Positions 36,070 through 44,168 of a stretch of DNA of 52,773 nt are shown in pieces. The translations under genes were made by a program, and so were the position numbers. A model generated the notes under the pieces. The model had not been told where the DNA came from and did not search any database. It saw only the letters and a list, made by a program, of their open reading frames with translations. The stretch's first letter is position 1. Each line of letters starts with the position of its first letter. Source of the DNA: Anaerolineae bacterium (GTDB lineage Bacteria; Chloroflexota; Anaerolineae; Fen-1058); contig PMCF01000171.1 in NCBI GenBank assembly GCA_003154115.1, positions 10,903 to 63,675 on the forward strand, written 5' to 3'.

Positions 36070-37227
36070 TTAGCGAAGAATGACCGGTAAAAAGATATGC
36101 TGTGTTTCATAAGCCGCCAGCCAGACTCCGCCATCGTCTGCCAACGCTATCCCAGTAGGCCGCAGCCCTGTCAACGGCAGCGGGTACGACGTAAACTGAT
36201 GGCTGCCAGGGGGGACGAACACAAACCGCCCCAACTGCCCCAATCTATCTTGTTGAGATACCCACAACGTGTTATTCATCATGCGGGTCAAAAACATCGG
36301 CGCCGCCAGCGGCAAAAACTGCCGTGGAGCTGTGCCTAAGGTTCCTTTGAAAGACAGGCCCAAGGCGCCCCGGCCTGGTTCAGTAAACCACAAATTAGAT
36401 GACGCATCAATAACCATATCGGTGGGGGCATAGCCCGGTGGAATGCCCGAGGAAATCTGCACCTCTTGACTGCCCGGCGTGAGTAACCCGATGCTATTAC
36501 TCATTGGCGCAGCAAACGCGATCTGATAGCTCGTAGGTGGGTTGATCACGATCACATCAATGCCGAAAGGATCAGCTGGTCCTAGCGCGAGTGAACTTGG
36601 CGGGTGAGTTGGATATTCTTGAAACACGTAATCAACCGTCGATGTGATCACGAGCCGATACAAACGCTTGGCATATTGTCCAGCGATCCAGATCGAGCCG
36701 TCTGGCGCGGCGTTGAGATCGGCCAGTCCGGCATTGGCTGGCAGGCCGTGCCCGTCAAACTCGTCGATGTGACCGGTGGCCGCATTCAGGCGCCCAACTC
36801 GATTCGCCCCGCGTTCCGTGAACCAGACATCGGCCCCGTCGGCCGTGATCAAAAATGGGCCGCTGTTTGTCGGCGCAGAGAGGAGATACTCGGCGGCCAG
36901 GGTATAACTTGTAGTACTCGTGAAGACAACATGGGCGATACGGTTAAGACCATACTCGGTCACCCAGACATGTGTGGGATTAGTGCCGCTTACCGCCACG
37001 CCGGTCGGCAGCGCACCGCTCGACAATGGTATCGTGATGAACGTCTGTGTGTCCGGCATGAAAAGATAGAGGTAACTGGCATTGGGTACGGGCGAGTCGA
37101 GAATGTTAAGAGGCTTGACACCCGCATGCGAGACCTCGGTCGTGCCATTCCACACGAGAGCCAGACCGGCCAGTGCCAGGCCAGCCGTCAACAGCGCACG
37201 CTTCCATACTGAAAAGTTGCGAGTCAT
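36070..37227 (-). CDS. Exported Vgb-like beta-propeller protein with C-terminal 'IFLPVILR' tail
   Basis: Signal peptide; repeated 'VWFTE.GANRVGRL', 'PDGSIW', 'LWFTEP', 'DGGVW' blades; RBS AAGGAGG. Confidence 0.75.
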   Translation of the reverse strand: MTRNFSVWKRALLTAGLALAGLALVWNGTTEVSHAGVKPLNILDSPVPNASYLYLFMPDTQTFITIPLSSGALPTGVAVSGTNPTHVWVTEYGLNRIAHVVFTSTTSYTLAAEYLLSAPTNSGPFLITADGADVWFTERGANRVGRLNAATGHIDEFDGHGLPANAGLADLNAAPDGSIWIAGQYAKRLYRLVITSTVDYVFQEYPTHPPSSLALGPADPFGIDVIVINPPTSYQIAFAAPMSNSIGLLTPGSQEVQISSGIPPGYAPTDMVIDASSNLWFTEPGRGALGLSFKGTLGTAPRQFLPLAAPMFLTRMMNNTLWVSQQDRLGQLGRFVFVPPGSHQFTSYPLPLTGLRPTGIALADDGGVWLAAYETQHIFLPVILR

Positions 37228-37407
37228 ACCATGCCTCCTTTAGAATAAGCGTAGAATTTCTACAGAACGGACATCCCTACTAAATGCGCGGAGCGGATCA
37301 AATGCGCTGGCGCTTACACAGCAAAGCGGGCGACCTACTGCCCGTCGTCCGCTGCCCATCTTACCACAGCCTTTTGATCTGCTCCGCCCATCCCGGAAAG
37401 GGGGGCC

Positions 37408-38037
37408 TCACAATTTCGCGCCGCACTCCGGGCAGAACTTGGGACTGCCTTCAATTTTGGTGCCGCATTCCGTGCAGAACTTCTCGCGCGTGATGGGTTG
37501 GCCGCATTCTGCGCAGAACTTCGCGCCGGGCGCGACACTCGCCCCGCAGTTGGGGCAGCCGCCCACCACGGTCTTCTCGAATTTTTCTTTGGTGATGTAG
37601 GTCGCCTCTTGCGCCACCTGACGCGCCTGCTGCACCGCTGCATCCGTCTGCGCCGCCGAGTATTCGGCTTCCAGATCAGGCGCGCACTCTAAACACAGTC
37701 CCCGCTGCGGATTCCAGCAAGTGTCGTCCACCCACTTGGCACAGCGCTTGCACTGCTTAAAGTACGGCTTGACTTCTTCGATCGCCTTCTGAAATTCGGC
37801 GTCGTGCTGCTTTTCCCAGGCGGCCGAATGCATGCGATGACTGGCATCGGCCGCATTGCCAAACAACCCACCAAACAGCCCGCTCGCCACATCCAGTGCG
37901 TCATTCAAAGTGTTCGTGCTGGAACCGCGAAACGTGCTCTGATAGCCGCTGCCACAGCGATCGCAATAGAACTCAAATTGGAAACCGCGATCCGTGCTGT
38001 CATCCCGAAAGTTTCGAGTGAACTTGATCAGCGCCAT
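37408..38037 (-). CDS. Double zinc ribbon domain protein
   Basis: Multiple CxxC pairs; 'KFCAECG', 'KFCTECG', 'KFCPECG'. Confidence 0.85.
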   Translation of the reverse strand: MALIKFTRNFRDDSTDRGFQFEFYCDRCGSGYQSTFRGSSTNTLNDALDVASGLFGGLFGNAADASHRMHSAAWEKQHDAEFQKAIEEVKPYFKQCKRCAKWVDDTCWNPQRGLCLECAPDLEAEYSAAQTDAAVQQARQVAQEATYITKEKFEKTVVGGCPNCGASVAPGAKFCAECGQPITREKFCTECGTKIEGSPKFCPECGAKL

Positions 38038-38077
38038 GCCACTTTCTCCATCCGTATTAAAATGACGATCGCGCGAG

Positions 38078-38106
38078 ATTATAGACGATGCCTATTTTTT
38101 TGTCCA
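38078..38106 (-). promoter_or_regulatory. Sigma70-type promoter of zinc ribbon gene
   Basis: TGGACA-17 bp-TATAAT on the minus strand. Confidence 0.65.
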
Positions 38107-38283
38107 CCGAATAGGGCCGGCAAGCCGCCGCCCGCCGATCGGGGCTTGACGCTCACCCGATCGAATGAGCATCATCCCGTGCGCCGATGACATTCGCCAC
38201 TCCCCGGCCGGCCATCTCATGGTAAACTGGAAGCGTACCTGATAGCGAACAGCCCATCTCTACATTCCATACAGGAGCGATCC

Positions 38284-39195
38284 ATGACAGCCCAACTCAT
38301 CGATGGAAAAGCCATTGCCGCCGCGATTCATGAAGAAGTGCGCGTAGCTGCCGCAGAACTGAAGGCCAAGCACGGCATCACGCCCGGCTTGGCCACGGTG
38401 CTCGTCGGCGATAACCCGGCCTCGCATTCATACGTCAAGGGCAAGCGCCAGGCTTGCGCCGAAGACGGACTCGAATCGTTTCCGAATGAACTGCCCGCCG
38501 ATACGCCCCAGGCCGACGTCATCGCTTTAGTGAAGCGACTTGGCGAAGACCCGAAAGTGCATGGCATTTTGGTGCAGCTGCCCCTGCCGGGTCACATCAA
38601 CGAAGAAGCCGTGCTGAACGCCGTACCCATCACCAAAGACGTGGATGGCTTCCATCCCGTCAACATCGGCAAGCTGGGCATGAAGAACCGCGAACCCTCG
38701 TTCGAGCCATGCACGCCCGCCGGGGTGATCGAACTGCTCGATCGGATCGGCGCCAAGATCGAAGGGGCAAGCGCCGTCGTGTTGGGCCGCAGCAACATCG
38801 TCGGACTGCCCGTGTCGCTCTTGCTGCTGGGCCGCAACGCGACCGTGACCGTGTGCCATTCGCGCACGAAGGACATCGCCGCGGTGGTACGCCAGGCCGA
38901 TATTTTGGTGGCGGCGATCGGGAAAGCGAAGTTCGTCAAAGCCGAATGGGTCAAGCCCGGCGCGGTCGTGATCGACGTGGGCGTGAACAGCCTCCCGGTA
39001 CTGAATCCCGATGGCACTCAAGCCATCAGCGAGAAGACCGGCAAGCCCCGAACCAAGCTCGTGGGCGACTGTGACTTTGAAGCCGTGAAGGAAGTCGCCT
39101 CGGCGATTACGCCGGTGCCCGGTGGGGTGGGCCCCATGACCATCGCGATGTTGATGAAGAACACCCTGCGCGCCGCGCAGCAGTCGGTGAAGTAA
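38284..39195 (+). CDS. folD: Bifunctional methylenetetrahydrofolate dehydrogenase/cyclohydrolase
   Basis: 'HGILVQLPLP', 'KDVDGFHP', 'PCTPAG', 'GRSNIVG', 'TPVPGGVGPMT'. Confidence 0.97.
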   Translation: MTAQLIDGKAIAAAIHEEVRVAAAELKAKHGITPGLATVLVGDNPASHSYVKGKRQACAEDGLESFPNELPADTPQADVIALVKRLGEDPKVHGILVQLPLPGHINEEAVLNAVPITKDVDGFHPVNIGKLGMKNREPSFEPCTPAGVIELLDRIGAKIEGASAVVLGRSNIVGLPVSLLLLGRNATVTVCHSRTKDIAAVVRQADILVAAIGKAKFVKAEWVKPGAVVIDVGVNSLPVLNPDGTQAISEKTGKPRTKLVGDCDFEAVKEVASAITPVPGGVGPMTIAMLMKNTLRAAQQSVK

Positions 39196-39202
39196 AACCG
39201 AG

Positions 39203-39272
39203 TGAGGGACAGAGAGAAGGAGAGAAGGAGAGACTGATAATCTCTCCTTCTCTCCCCTTCAATCTCTCTATC
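39203..39272. repeat. Hairpin element built from 8-mer (GAGAGAAG) tandem units between convergent genes
   Basis: Perfect 15-bp inverted repeat GGAGAGAAGGAGAGA (39219-39233) / TCTCTCCTTCTCTCC (39241-39255), 7-nt loop, degenerate outer units. Confidence 0.8.
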
Positions 39273-39278
39273 ATCTGG

Positions 39279-40340
39279 TCAGGAACTGAACGGCTCCAGG
39301 AACGCCACCACGTTTTTCCCCAACACCTCCGTATTGTAGCCGCCTTCCTGGACGAGCACCGTCGGCAAGTTGAGGGCGCGTAAGCGCTGGGCCACCGCCA
39401 CATAATCGGATGTGATCAGATCGAATTTACTGATCGGATCGTCGCCGTACGTATCGAACCCGACCGCAATCACCAGCGCCCACGGATCGAATAAGCGAAT
39501 GCGATCGAAGACCAAGTCCAGCGTCTTGAGATACCACTCGCCGGTGGCGCCGGGCGGCAGCGGGATGTTGAGGTTGTAACCTTCACCCGCACCCGCGCCC
39601 ACTTCATCGGCAAAGCCCACGAAATACGGATAGTCCATGCGTGGATCACAGTGGATCGAGATCGTCAGCACCCGATCGTCTTCCCAGAAAATATCCTGCG
39701 TACCGTTACCGTGATGATAGTCGATGTCGATCACCGCCACGCGGCCGCGCACGCTCAGAATTTTGGCCGCAATCGCCGTGTTGTTGAAATAACAGTAACC
39801 GCCGCTGAAATCACGTCCGGCATGATGCCCCGGCGGGCGGCACAACGCATAGGCCGATCGGTCGCCGTACAACACGAGGTTGGCGGCCGTCATCGCGCAC
39901 GTGGCCGCCCCCAGCGCCGCTTCATACGTTCCCTCGATCAACGGCGCAGTGAGATCAAACGTGTAATAGCCGTAACCTTCAGCCGCGTTCAAACGCGCCT
40001 CGCCCTTTAACCTGCGGCGCGCGCGTGGCGGCGGAAAGCAAGACGGATAGTAGGTCGGCGGATACCCTTCGGGCAAGAGTGGATTCGTCGCCAGCCACTC
40101 CTTGAATCCGTTGCGAATGAACCACACATAGTCGCCGTCGTGCACCAGCAAGGGCAGGCTCTCGTGGCGGCCTTCTTCCGGCGTCACGATTTTCGCCCAC
40201 GACGTAGCCCGCAGCGCCTCAAGCATGATCTCGGCCCGCTGCGGCGATTCATAGTAAGGCATGATCCGGCCGCCCGACCCAATCTCAAACGTGGGATGAT
40301 GCCGCTGATAAGTTTCGGAATGAACGATGGGAAGCGTCAT
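39279..40340 (-). CDS. Histone deacetylase family protein (acetylpolyamine amidohydrolase-like)
   Basis: 'RPPGHHA', 'GYCYFNN', 'DIDYHHGNGTQ', 'QEGGY'. Confidence 0.92.
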   Translation of the reverse strand: MTLPIVHSETYQRHHPTFEIGSGGRIMPYYESPQRAEIMLEALRATSWAKIVTPEEGRHESLPLLVHDGDYVWFIRNGFKEWLATNPLLPEGYPPTYYPSCFPPPRARRRLKGEARLNAAEGYGYYTFDLTAPLIEGTYEAALGAATCAMTAANLVLYGDRSAYALCRPPGHHAGRDFSGGYCYFNNTAIAAKILSVRGRVAVIDIDYHHGNGTQDIFWEDDRVLTISIHCDPRMDYPYFVGFADEVGAGAGEGYNLNIPLPPGATGEWYLKTLDLVFDRIRLFDPWALVIAVGFDTYGDDPISKFDLITSDYVAVAQRLRALNLPTVLVQEGGYNTEVLGKNVVAFLEPFSS

Positions 40341-40382
40341 GGCTTATCTCTCCCGACTGTGACCAACTACCGCGTAGTCGTC

Positions 40383-40411
40383 TTGCAACCCTTACTGCTT
40401 GTCATTATAAT
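40383..40411 (+). promoter_or_regulatory. Sigma70-type promoter of tilS (very short leader)
   Basis: TTGCAA-17 bp-TATAAT, 10 nt before ATG 40422; no RBS. Confidence 0.65.
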
Positions 40412-40421
40412 CCAATTTAGC

Positions 40422-41900
40422 ATGGATTTCCTGACTGATCTTCACCGCTTCATCACCCGCTACGATCTACTCCCGCGCGGCTCGCCCGTCATCGTCGGCG
40501 TGTCGGGCGGGGCCGATTCGCTGTGCTTGCTGCACACCCTGCACACGCTCGCGCCTGACAATGAGTGGCGCCTGCATGTCGCGCACCTCAACCATCAACT
40601 GCGTGGAGCAGCCGCGCAGGCCGATGCGGACTTCGTGCGCGACATCGCCCGGCAATGGAACCTGCCCAGCACGATCGAATCACGCGACGTAGCGGCTTTT
40701 GCGCGTCGCCACAAACTCTCGCTTGAGGAAGCGGCCCGTCAAGTGCGCTATGGATTCTTGTTGGAGGTAGCCCTCACCCAGCACAGCGACGTCATTGCCG
40801 TCGCGCACAACGCCGACGATCAAACTGAATCTGTCCTCATGCACTTGCTGCGTGGCAGCGGTTTGGCCGGTTTGCGCGGCATGCAATCTAAAATGTTGAT
40901 TGCTGATTTGCGATTGCTGATTGCCCGTTCATCTAATCAGCCATCAGCCATCAGCCATCAACAATCCAAAATCTATCTTGTGCGGCCTCTGCTCGAAACG
41001 CCGCGCTCCGCTATCGAAGAGTATTGCCAGGAGAATAATCTTCACCCGCGCCTCGATGCCACCAATGCCGACACCACCTACTTTCGCAATCGCCTGCGTC
41101 ACGAATTGCTGCCGACACTGGAGACCTACAACCCCAACATTCGATCGATCCTGCGCCGCACGGCGGACGTCATCGCCGCCGAGGTTGAAATCCTGCAAGC
41201 CCACACGAACTACGCCTGGGACATGACCGTCGTGGTAGAATCGACCACGGCGGTCACGTTCAATCTGTTATTGTGGCGCGAACAACCGATCGGGGTGCAG
41301 CGCGCTCTGCTGCGTAAAGCGATTCATCAACTCCGGCCGCCGCTGCGCGATATCGACTTCGGGCACATTGAAGATGCGCTCGAGATTTTGCAGCGCGCCC
41401 ACACCGGCGATCAAGTGACGCTGCCGCAGCATCTCTTGATCGAAGTGAGCTACGACACTTTTACAATTTCACCGCGCGAGGAACTGGCCCAACCCGATTG
41501 GCCGCAGCTGCCCGAAGGATTCACGTCGCTGGCCATCGACGTACCCGGTGTTACGCCTTTGCCGGAATCGATCTGGCGGCTGGAAGCAGAAATCCTCGCA
41601 GGAGAAGTTGAACCGACGGGAGGGTTGACCGCGCTCCTCGACGCCGCTGCACTGCCCGGCCCGCTGATCATGCGCCCGCGCACCAGCCGCGATCGCTTTC
41701 ATCCGCAAGGGATGCCGTCGCCCGTGGGGCTGAAAGACTGGATGATCAACGCCAAAATTCCGCGCGCCATTCGCGATCGCTTGCCGCTCATCACCTCCAA
41801 CGATCAGATCGTGTGGGTGCCGGGCTTCCGTGTGGGGCAGCCGGTCTTGGTGACAGAGAATACACGGCAAATAATCAAGCTGGAATTCAAGAAAGGTTGA
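40422..41900 (+). CDS. tilS: tRNA(Ile)-lysidine synthetase
   Basis: PP-loop 'SGGADS', 'HLNHQLRG', 'AHNADDQTE', 'RPLL', 'RNRLRH', and a TilS C-terminal domain; start ATG 40422. Confidence 0.95.
   Translation: MDFLTDLHRFITRYDLLPRGSPVIVGVSGGADSLCLLHTLHTLAPDNEWRLHVAHLNHQLRGAAAQADADFVRDIARQWNLPSTIESRDVAAFARRHKLSLEEAARQVRYGFLLEVALTQHSDVIAVAHNADDQTESVLMHLLRGSGLAGLRGMQSKMLIADLRLLIARSSNQPSAISHQQSKIYLVRPLLETPRSAIEEYCQENNLHPRLDATNADTTYFRNRLRHELLPTLETYNPNIRSILRRTADVIAAEVEILQAHTNYAWDMTVVVESTTAVTFNLLLWREQPIGVQRALLRKAIHQLRPPLRDIDFGHIEDALEILQRAHTGDQVTLPQHLLIEVSYDTFTISPREELAQPDWPQLPEGFTSLAIDVPGVTPLPESIWRLEAEILAGEVEPTGGLTALLDAAALPGPLIMRPRTSRDRFHPQGMPSPVGLKDWMINAKIPRAIRDRLPLITSNDQIVWVPGFRVGQPVLVTENTRQIIKLEFKKG
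40894..40973. repeat. 7-mer tandem/inverted repeat hairpin inserted in frame in tilS
   Basis: TGTTGAT TGCTGAT TTGCGAT TGCTGAT ... ATCAGCC x3 ATCAACA ATCCAAA. Confidence 0.8.
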
Positions 41901-41910
41901 CCAGATGCAA

Positions 41911-41975
41911 CGTGGTGCGTAGTGCGTGGTGCGTGAAGCATGATCACGAAACACGCACCACGAAACACGCATCAC
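41911..41975. repeat. 7-mer tandem/inverted repeat hairpin between tilS and DMT gene
   Basis: CGTGGTG CGTAGTG CGTGGTG CGTGA - loop - TCACG AAACACG CACCACG AAACACG CATCAC. Confidence 0.8.
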
Positions 41976-41980
41976 ACTCT

Positions 41981-42949
41981 ATGGACTTTCCACTCGACGC
42001 TCAAGCTCAACTGCACGAACGCGCACGGCTCAATCGCGGCTACACCCTCGGCCTGATCGGCATTGCCTTCTGGTCGACGACGGCCATCTTCATCAGCTAT
42101 CTGCTGAAGAACTACCCGCTGCAGCCGTTAACGTTAGCCTTCTGGCGCGATCTCTTTGTCGTCGGCGCTCTCACGATCGGGTTGGCCGTCTTCCGCCGCA
42201 GCGCGCTGCGCGTCGCTCCGAATCAACGCCGCTTTTTGATCGCCTACGGTTTCTCCCTGACGCTGATGAACATCTCGTGGACGCTGTCGGTAGCGTTGAA
42301 CGGCGCGGCGGTGTCCACCGTCATGGTCTACGCGTCACCCGGCATCACGGCCCTCGCCGCGCACTTCTTTTTCAAAGAGCGGATCAGTCCCATTCGCGTG
42401 GGCGCGTTTATCAGCGCGTTGCTCGGCGCGTTCTTCGTCGCCAAAGCCAACGATCCCGCGCAATGGAATATGAATGCGGGCGGCATCATCATCGGCGTGT
42501 TGTCGGCCTTTGGCTTTGCGTTCTACAGCTTGATGGGCAAAGCGGCAGCGCAACGCCGCATCAATTCGTGGACGGCGACGCTGAGCGCGTTTAGTGTCGC
42601 GGCGATCTTTCTGCTCCCCACCACGCTGATCACGTTAGCCATCGGCCAATCCACCGCTCCGATCGGCGCTGCCGCGTCCTACAGTTTGCTCTCGCTGGGT
42701 AAACAGTGGGATGGCTGGCTCATCTTGTTCATTCTCGCCGTCGTCCCCACGCTCGGCGGATTCGGCCTGTACACGGCCAGCCTGGGCTATCTGTCCGCCG
42801 GTACCGCCAACTTGCTCGCCACGTTGGAACCCGTGCTGACCACGATTCTGGCTTATCTATTGCTGCATGAATCACTGTCACCGACGCAGCTCATCGGCGG
42901 CGCGTTGATCGTCCTCAGCGTCATCTCCTTGCGATTGGAAGAAAGGTAA
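41981..42949 (+). CDS. DMT/EamA family transporter
   Basis: About 10 TM segments in two EamA-like halves; 'LEPVLTTILAYLLLHESLS'; start ATG 41981. Confidence 0.9.
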   Translation: MDFPLDAQAQLHERARLNRGYTLGLIGIAFWSTTAIFISYLLKNYPLQPLTLAFWRDLFVVGALTIGLAVFRRSALRVAPNQRRFLIAYGFSLTLMNISWTLSVALNGAAVSTVMVYASPGITALAAHFFFKERISPIRVGAFISALLGAFFVAKANDPAQWNMNAGGIIIGVLSAFGFAFYSLMGKAAAQRRINSWTATLSAFSVAAIFLLPTTLITLAIGQSTAPIGAAASYSLLSLGKQWDGWLILFILAVVPTLGGFGLYTASLGYLSAGTANLLATLEPVLTTILAYLLLHESLSPTQLIGGALIVLSVISLRLEER

Positions 42950-42952
42950 AAC

Positions 42953-43288
42953 ATGGAACCGCGTTTCAACATCTGGATCGAACACAACGGCGTGGTAGTG
43001 CTCAGCGAGTGGCGGGTGAAGCTCTTGGACATGATCGATCAGACCGGCTCCATCAGCCGCGCCGCCGAAAAGATGAATGTCACCTATCATCGCGCCTGGG
43101 AAAAGTTGCATGAGATGGAGGAAGGTCTGGGCTACAAGCTGGTCAACGCGCAAGTCGGCGGCGTGCATGGCGGTGGAGCCGAACTCACGCCGCAAGGCCG
43201 CGATCTCATGAAGAAGTTTCGGGCCTTTGATCAAGGTCTCGGCGACGAGATCGAGCAGCGCTTTGCTAGCGCATTCAGCGCAGAGTGA
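42953..43288 (+). CDS. modE: ModE-type winged-helix regulator (N-terminal HTH only)
   Basis: 'LLDMIDQTGSISRAAEKMNVTYHRAW...GGVHGGGAELTPQG'; upstream of tupABC. Confidence 0.85.
   Translation: MEPRFNIWIEHNGVVVLSEWRVKLLDMIDQTGSISRAAEKMNVTYHRAWEKLHEMEEGLGYKLVNAQVGGVHGGGAELTPQGRDLMKKFRAFDQGLGDEIEQRFASAFSAE
43213..43277 (+). repeat. Direct repeat copy 1 (modE 3' end)
   Basis: 60/65 identical to 44033-44097. Confidence 0.9.
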
Positions 43289-44032
43289 TGTTAGCCGCAG
43301 TAACGGGTTTGTCTTCGGGTATTGTTGAGCCATATGAGGAGGCTAAATTTGAAGATACCATTTTCTCGCTTGGCCCTGGCAGGTGTGATCGTTTGCGCTC
43401 TTTTTATCTGTGGCTGGTTGGCGCTGGAGTTTTTCCAGCCTCTGTCCGCTGTACCCGAACCATACTCTGGTGCAGTTGTCACAACTAACGTGCATGGAGT
43501 CGGTAATTGGGGAAGTATGCGTGAACAAACATATCTGATTAACCGTTCACTAGCAGAAATGGAACAATATTATGAAGAGCAAATGCCACGGTATTGTGGC
43601 ATATCTGTAAAGTTTGCTCCTGCACCAGTACCTAACACATGGGGATGTCTTGAATCTGGAAACTCATGTTATATTGCCTCATGCAAGATACCTACATTAT
43701 GGAATTCCGATCAATTTCATGGGCAATGGTTTGATGTCGAATTATATGTGATTGACGAAAACACCACAAAAGTGATTCAGGTTACTTCTTGGACAGAGTG
43801 AGAGGGCGAAAGCAAACACACGCCCGACGAGTGGCATGAAAACAATACGAGTTCTCGAAAGACGAACGCGGCAAGTTTTATCGTCCGAATGTTTGATGGA
43901 TTTTGCCAATCTATCAAGATGAAGACATCGCGGCGTCTGTCGAGAAATACGCCAGACACAAACAGACGGATACCCGAACGGTAGTGAATCAAATTCTGCG
44001 GCGCAACAAAGAGATGCTGCAAGCATTGCGTT
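43278..44032. mobile_element. Small AT-richer islet bounded by a duplicated modE 3' end
   Basis: 65-bp direct repeats at both ends, visibly lower GC, orphan gene plus antitoxin relic; no integrase. Confidence 0.55.
43322..43801 (+). CDS. Hypothetical membrane-anchored/exported protein
   Basis: 159-aa ORF with an N-terminal hydrophobic helix and four Cys in the soluble part; true start uncertain (TTG 43348 follows GAGGAGG but frame not confirmed; ATG 43334 possible). Confidence 0.55.
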   Translation: MLSHMRRLNLKIPFSRLALAGVIVCALFICGWLALEFFQPLSAVPEPYSGAVVTTNVHGVGNWGSMREQTYLINRSLAEMEQYYEEQMPRYCGISVKFAPAPVPNTWGCLESGNSCYIASCKIPTLWNSDQFHGQWFDVELYVIDENTTKVIQVTSWTE

Positions 44033-44034
44033 GA
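43836..44034 (+). pseudogene. Decayed BrnA/CopG-like antitoxin
   Basis: Conceptual translation MK/QYEFSKDERGKFYRPNV*WILPIYQDEDIAASVEKYARHKQTDTRTVVNQILRRNKEMLQALR*, with one frameshift after the ATG and one internal TGA; resembles the 'EYDFSKGERGKFYRP' antitoxin N-terminus. Confidence 0.6.
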
Positions 44035-44097
44035 AGTGTCGGGCCTTCGATCAAGGTCTCGGCGACGAGATCGAACAGCGCTTTGCTAACGCGTTCA
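44033..44097 (+). repeat. Direct repeat copy 2 (orphaned modE 3' end)
   Basis: Encodes KCRAFDQGLGDEIEQRFANAFN*, versus KFRAFDQGLGDEIEQRFASAFSAE* in modE. Confidence 0.9.
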
Positions 44098-44127
44098 ACT
44101 GATTGGCAGGCTTCGCCATGTTCCAGA

Positions 44128-44166
44128 TCTCCCGCCGACGCGCTATCGACGGGAGACTTTATTTTT
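44128..44166 (+). terminator. Intrinsic terminator after the second modE-end copy
   Basis: TCTCCCGCCGA-7 nt-TCGACGGGAGA followed by CTTTATTTTT. Confidence 0.65.
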
Positions 44167-44168
44167 GA

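Noticed and set aside
36070-37227. Virginiamycin B lyase (antibiotic resistance) call
   Set aside because: Only the propeller repeat pattern is shared; the protein is exported and sits in an envelope locus.
38110-38283. Possible ZTP (pfl) or THF riboswitch upstream of folD
   Set aside because: I could not find the conserved sequence blocks of either riboswitch; only promoter-like elements are visible. An Rfam scan would settle it.
38985-39060. Extended loop in FolD (SLPVLNPDGTQAISEKTGKPRTK)
   Set aside because: This loop is naturally variable in FolD and shows no repeat or hairpin structure in the DNA.
40140-40421. 94-aa N-terminal extension of TilS in the ORF track
   Set aside because: Overlaps the divergent deacetylase gene; a good promoter lies just before ATG 40422.
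41813-41980. N-terminal extension of the DMT transporter
   Set aside because: Overlaps the tilS end and reads through the repeat hairpin; ATG 41981 gives a normal-length EamA protein.
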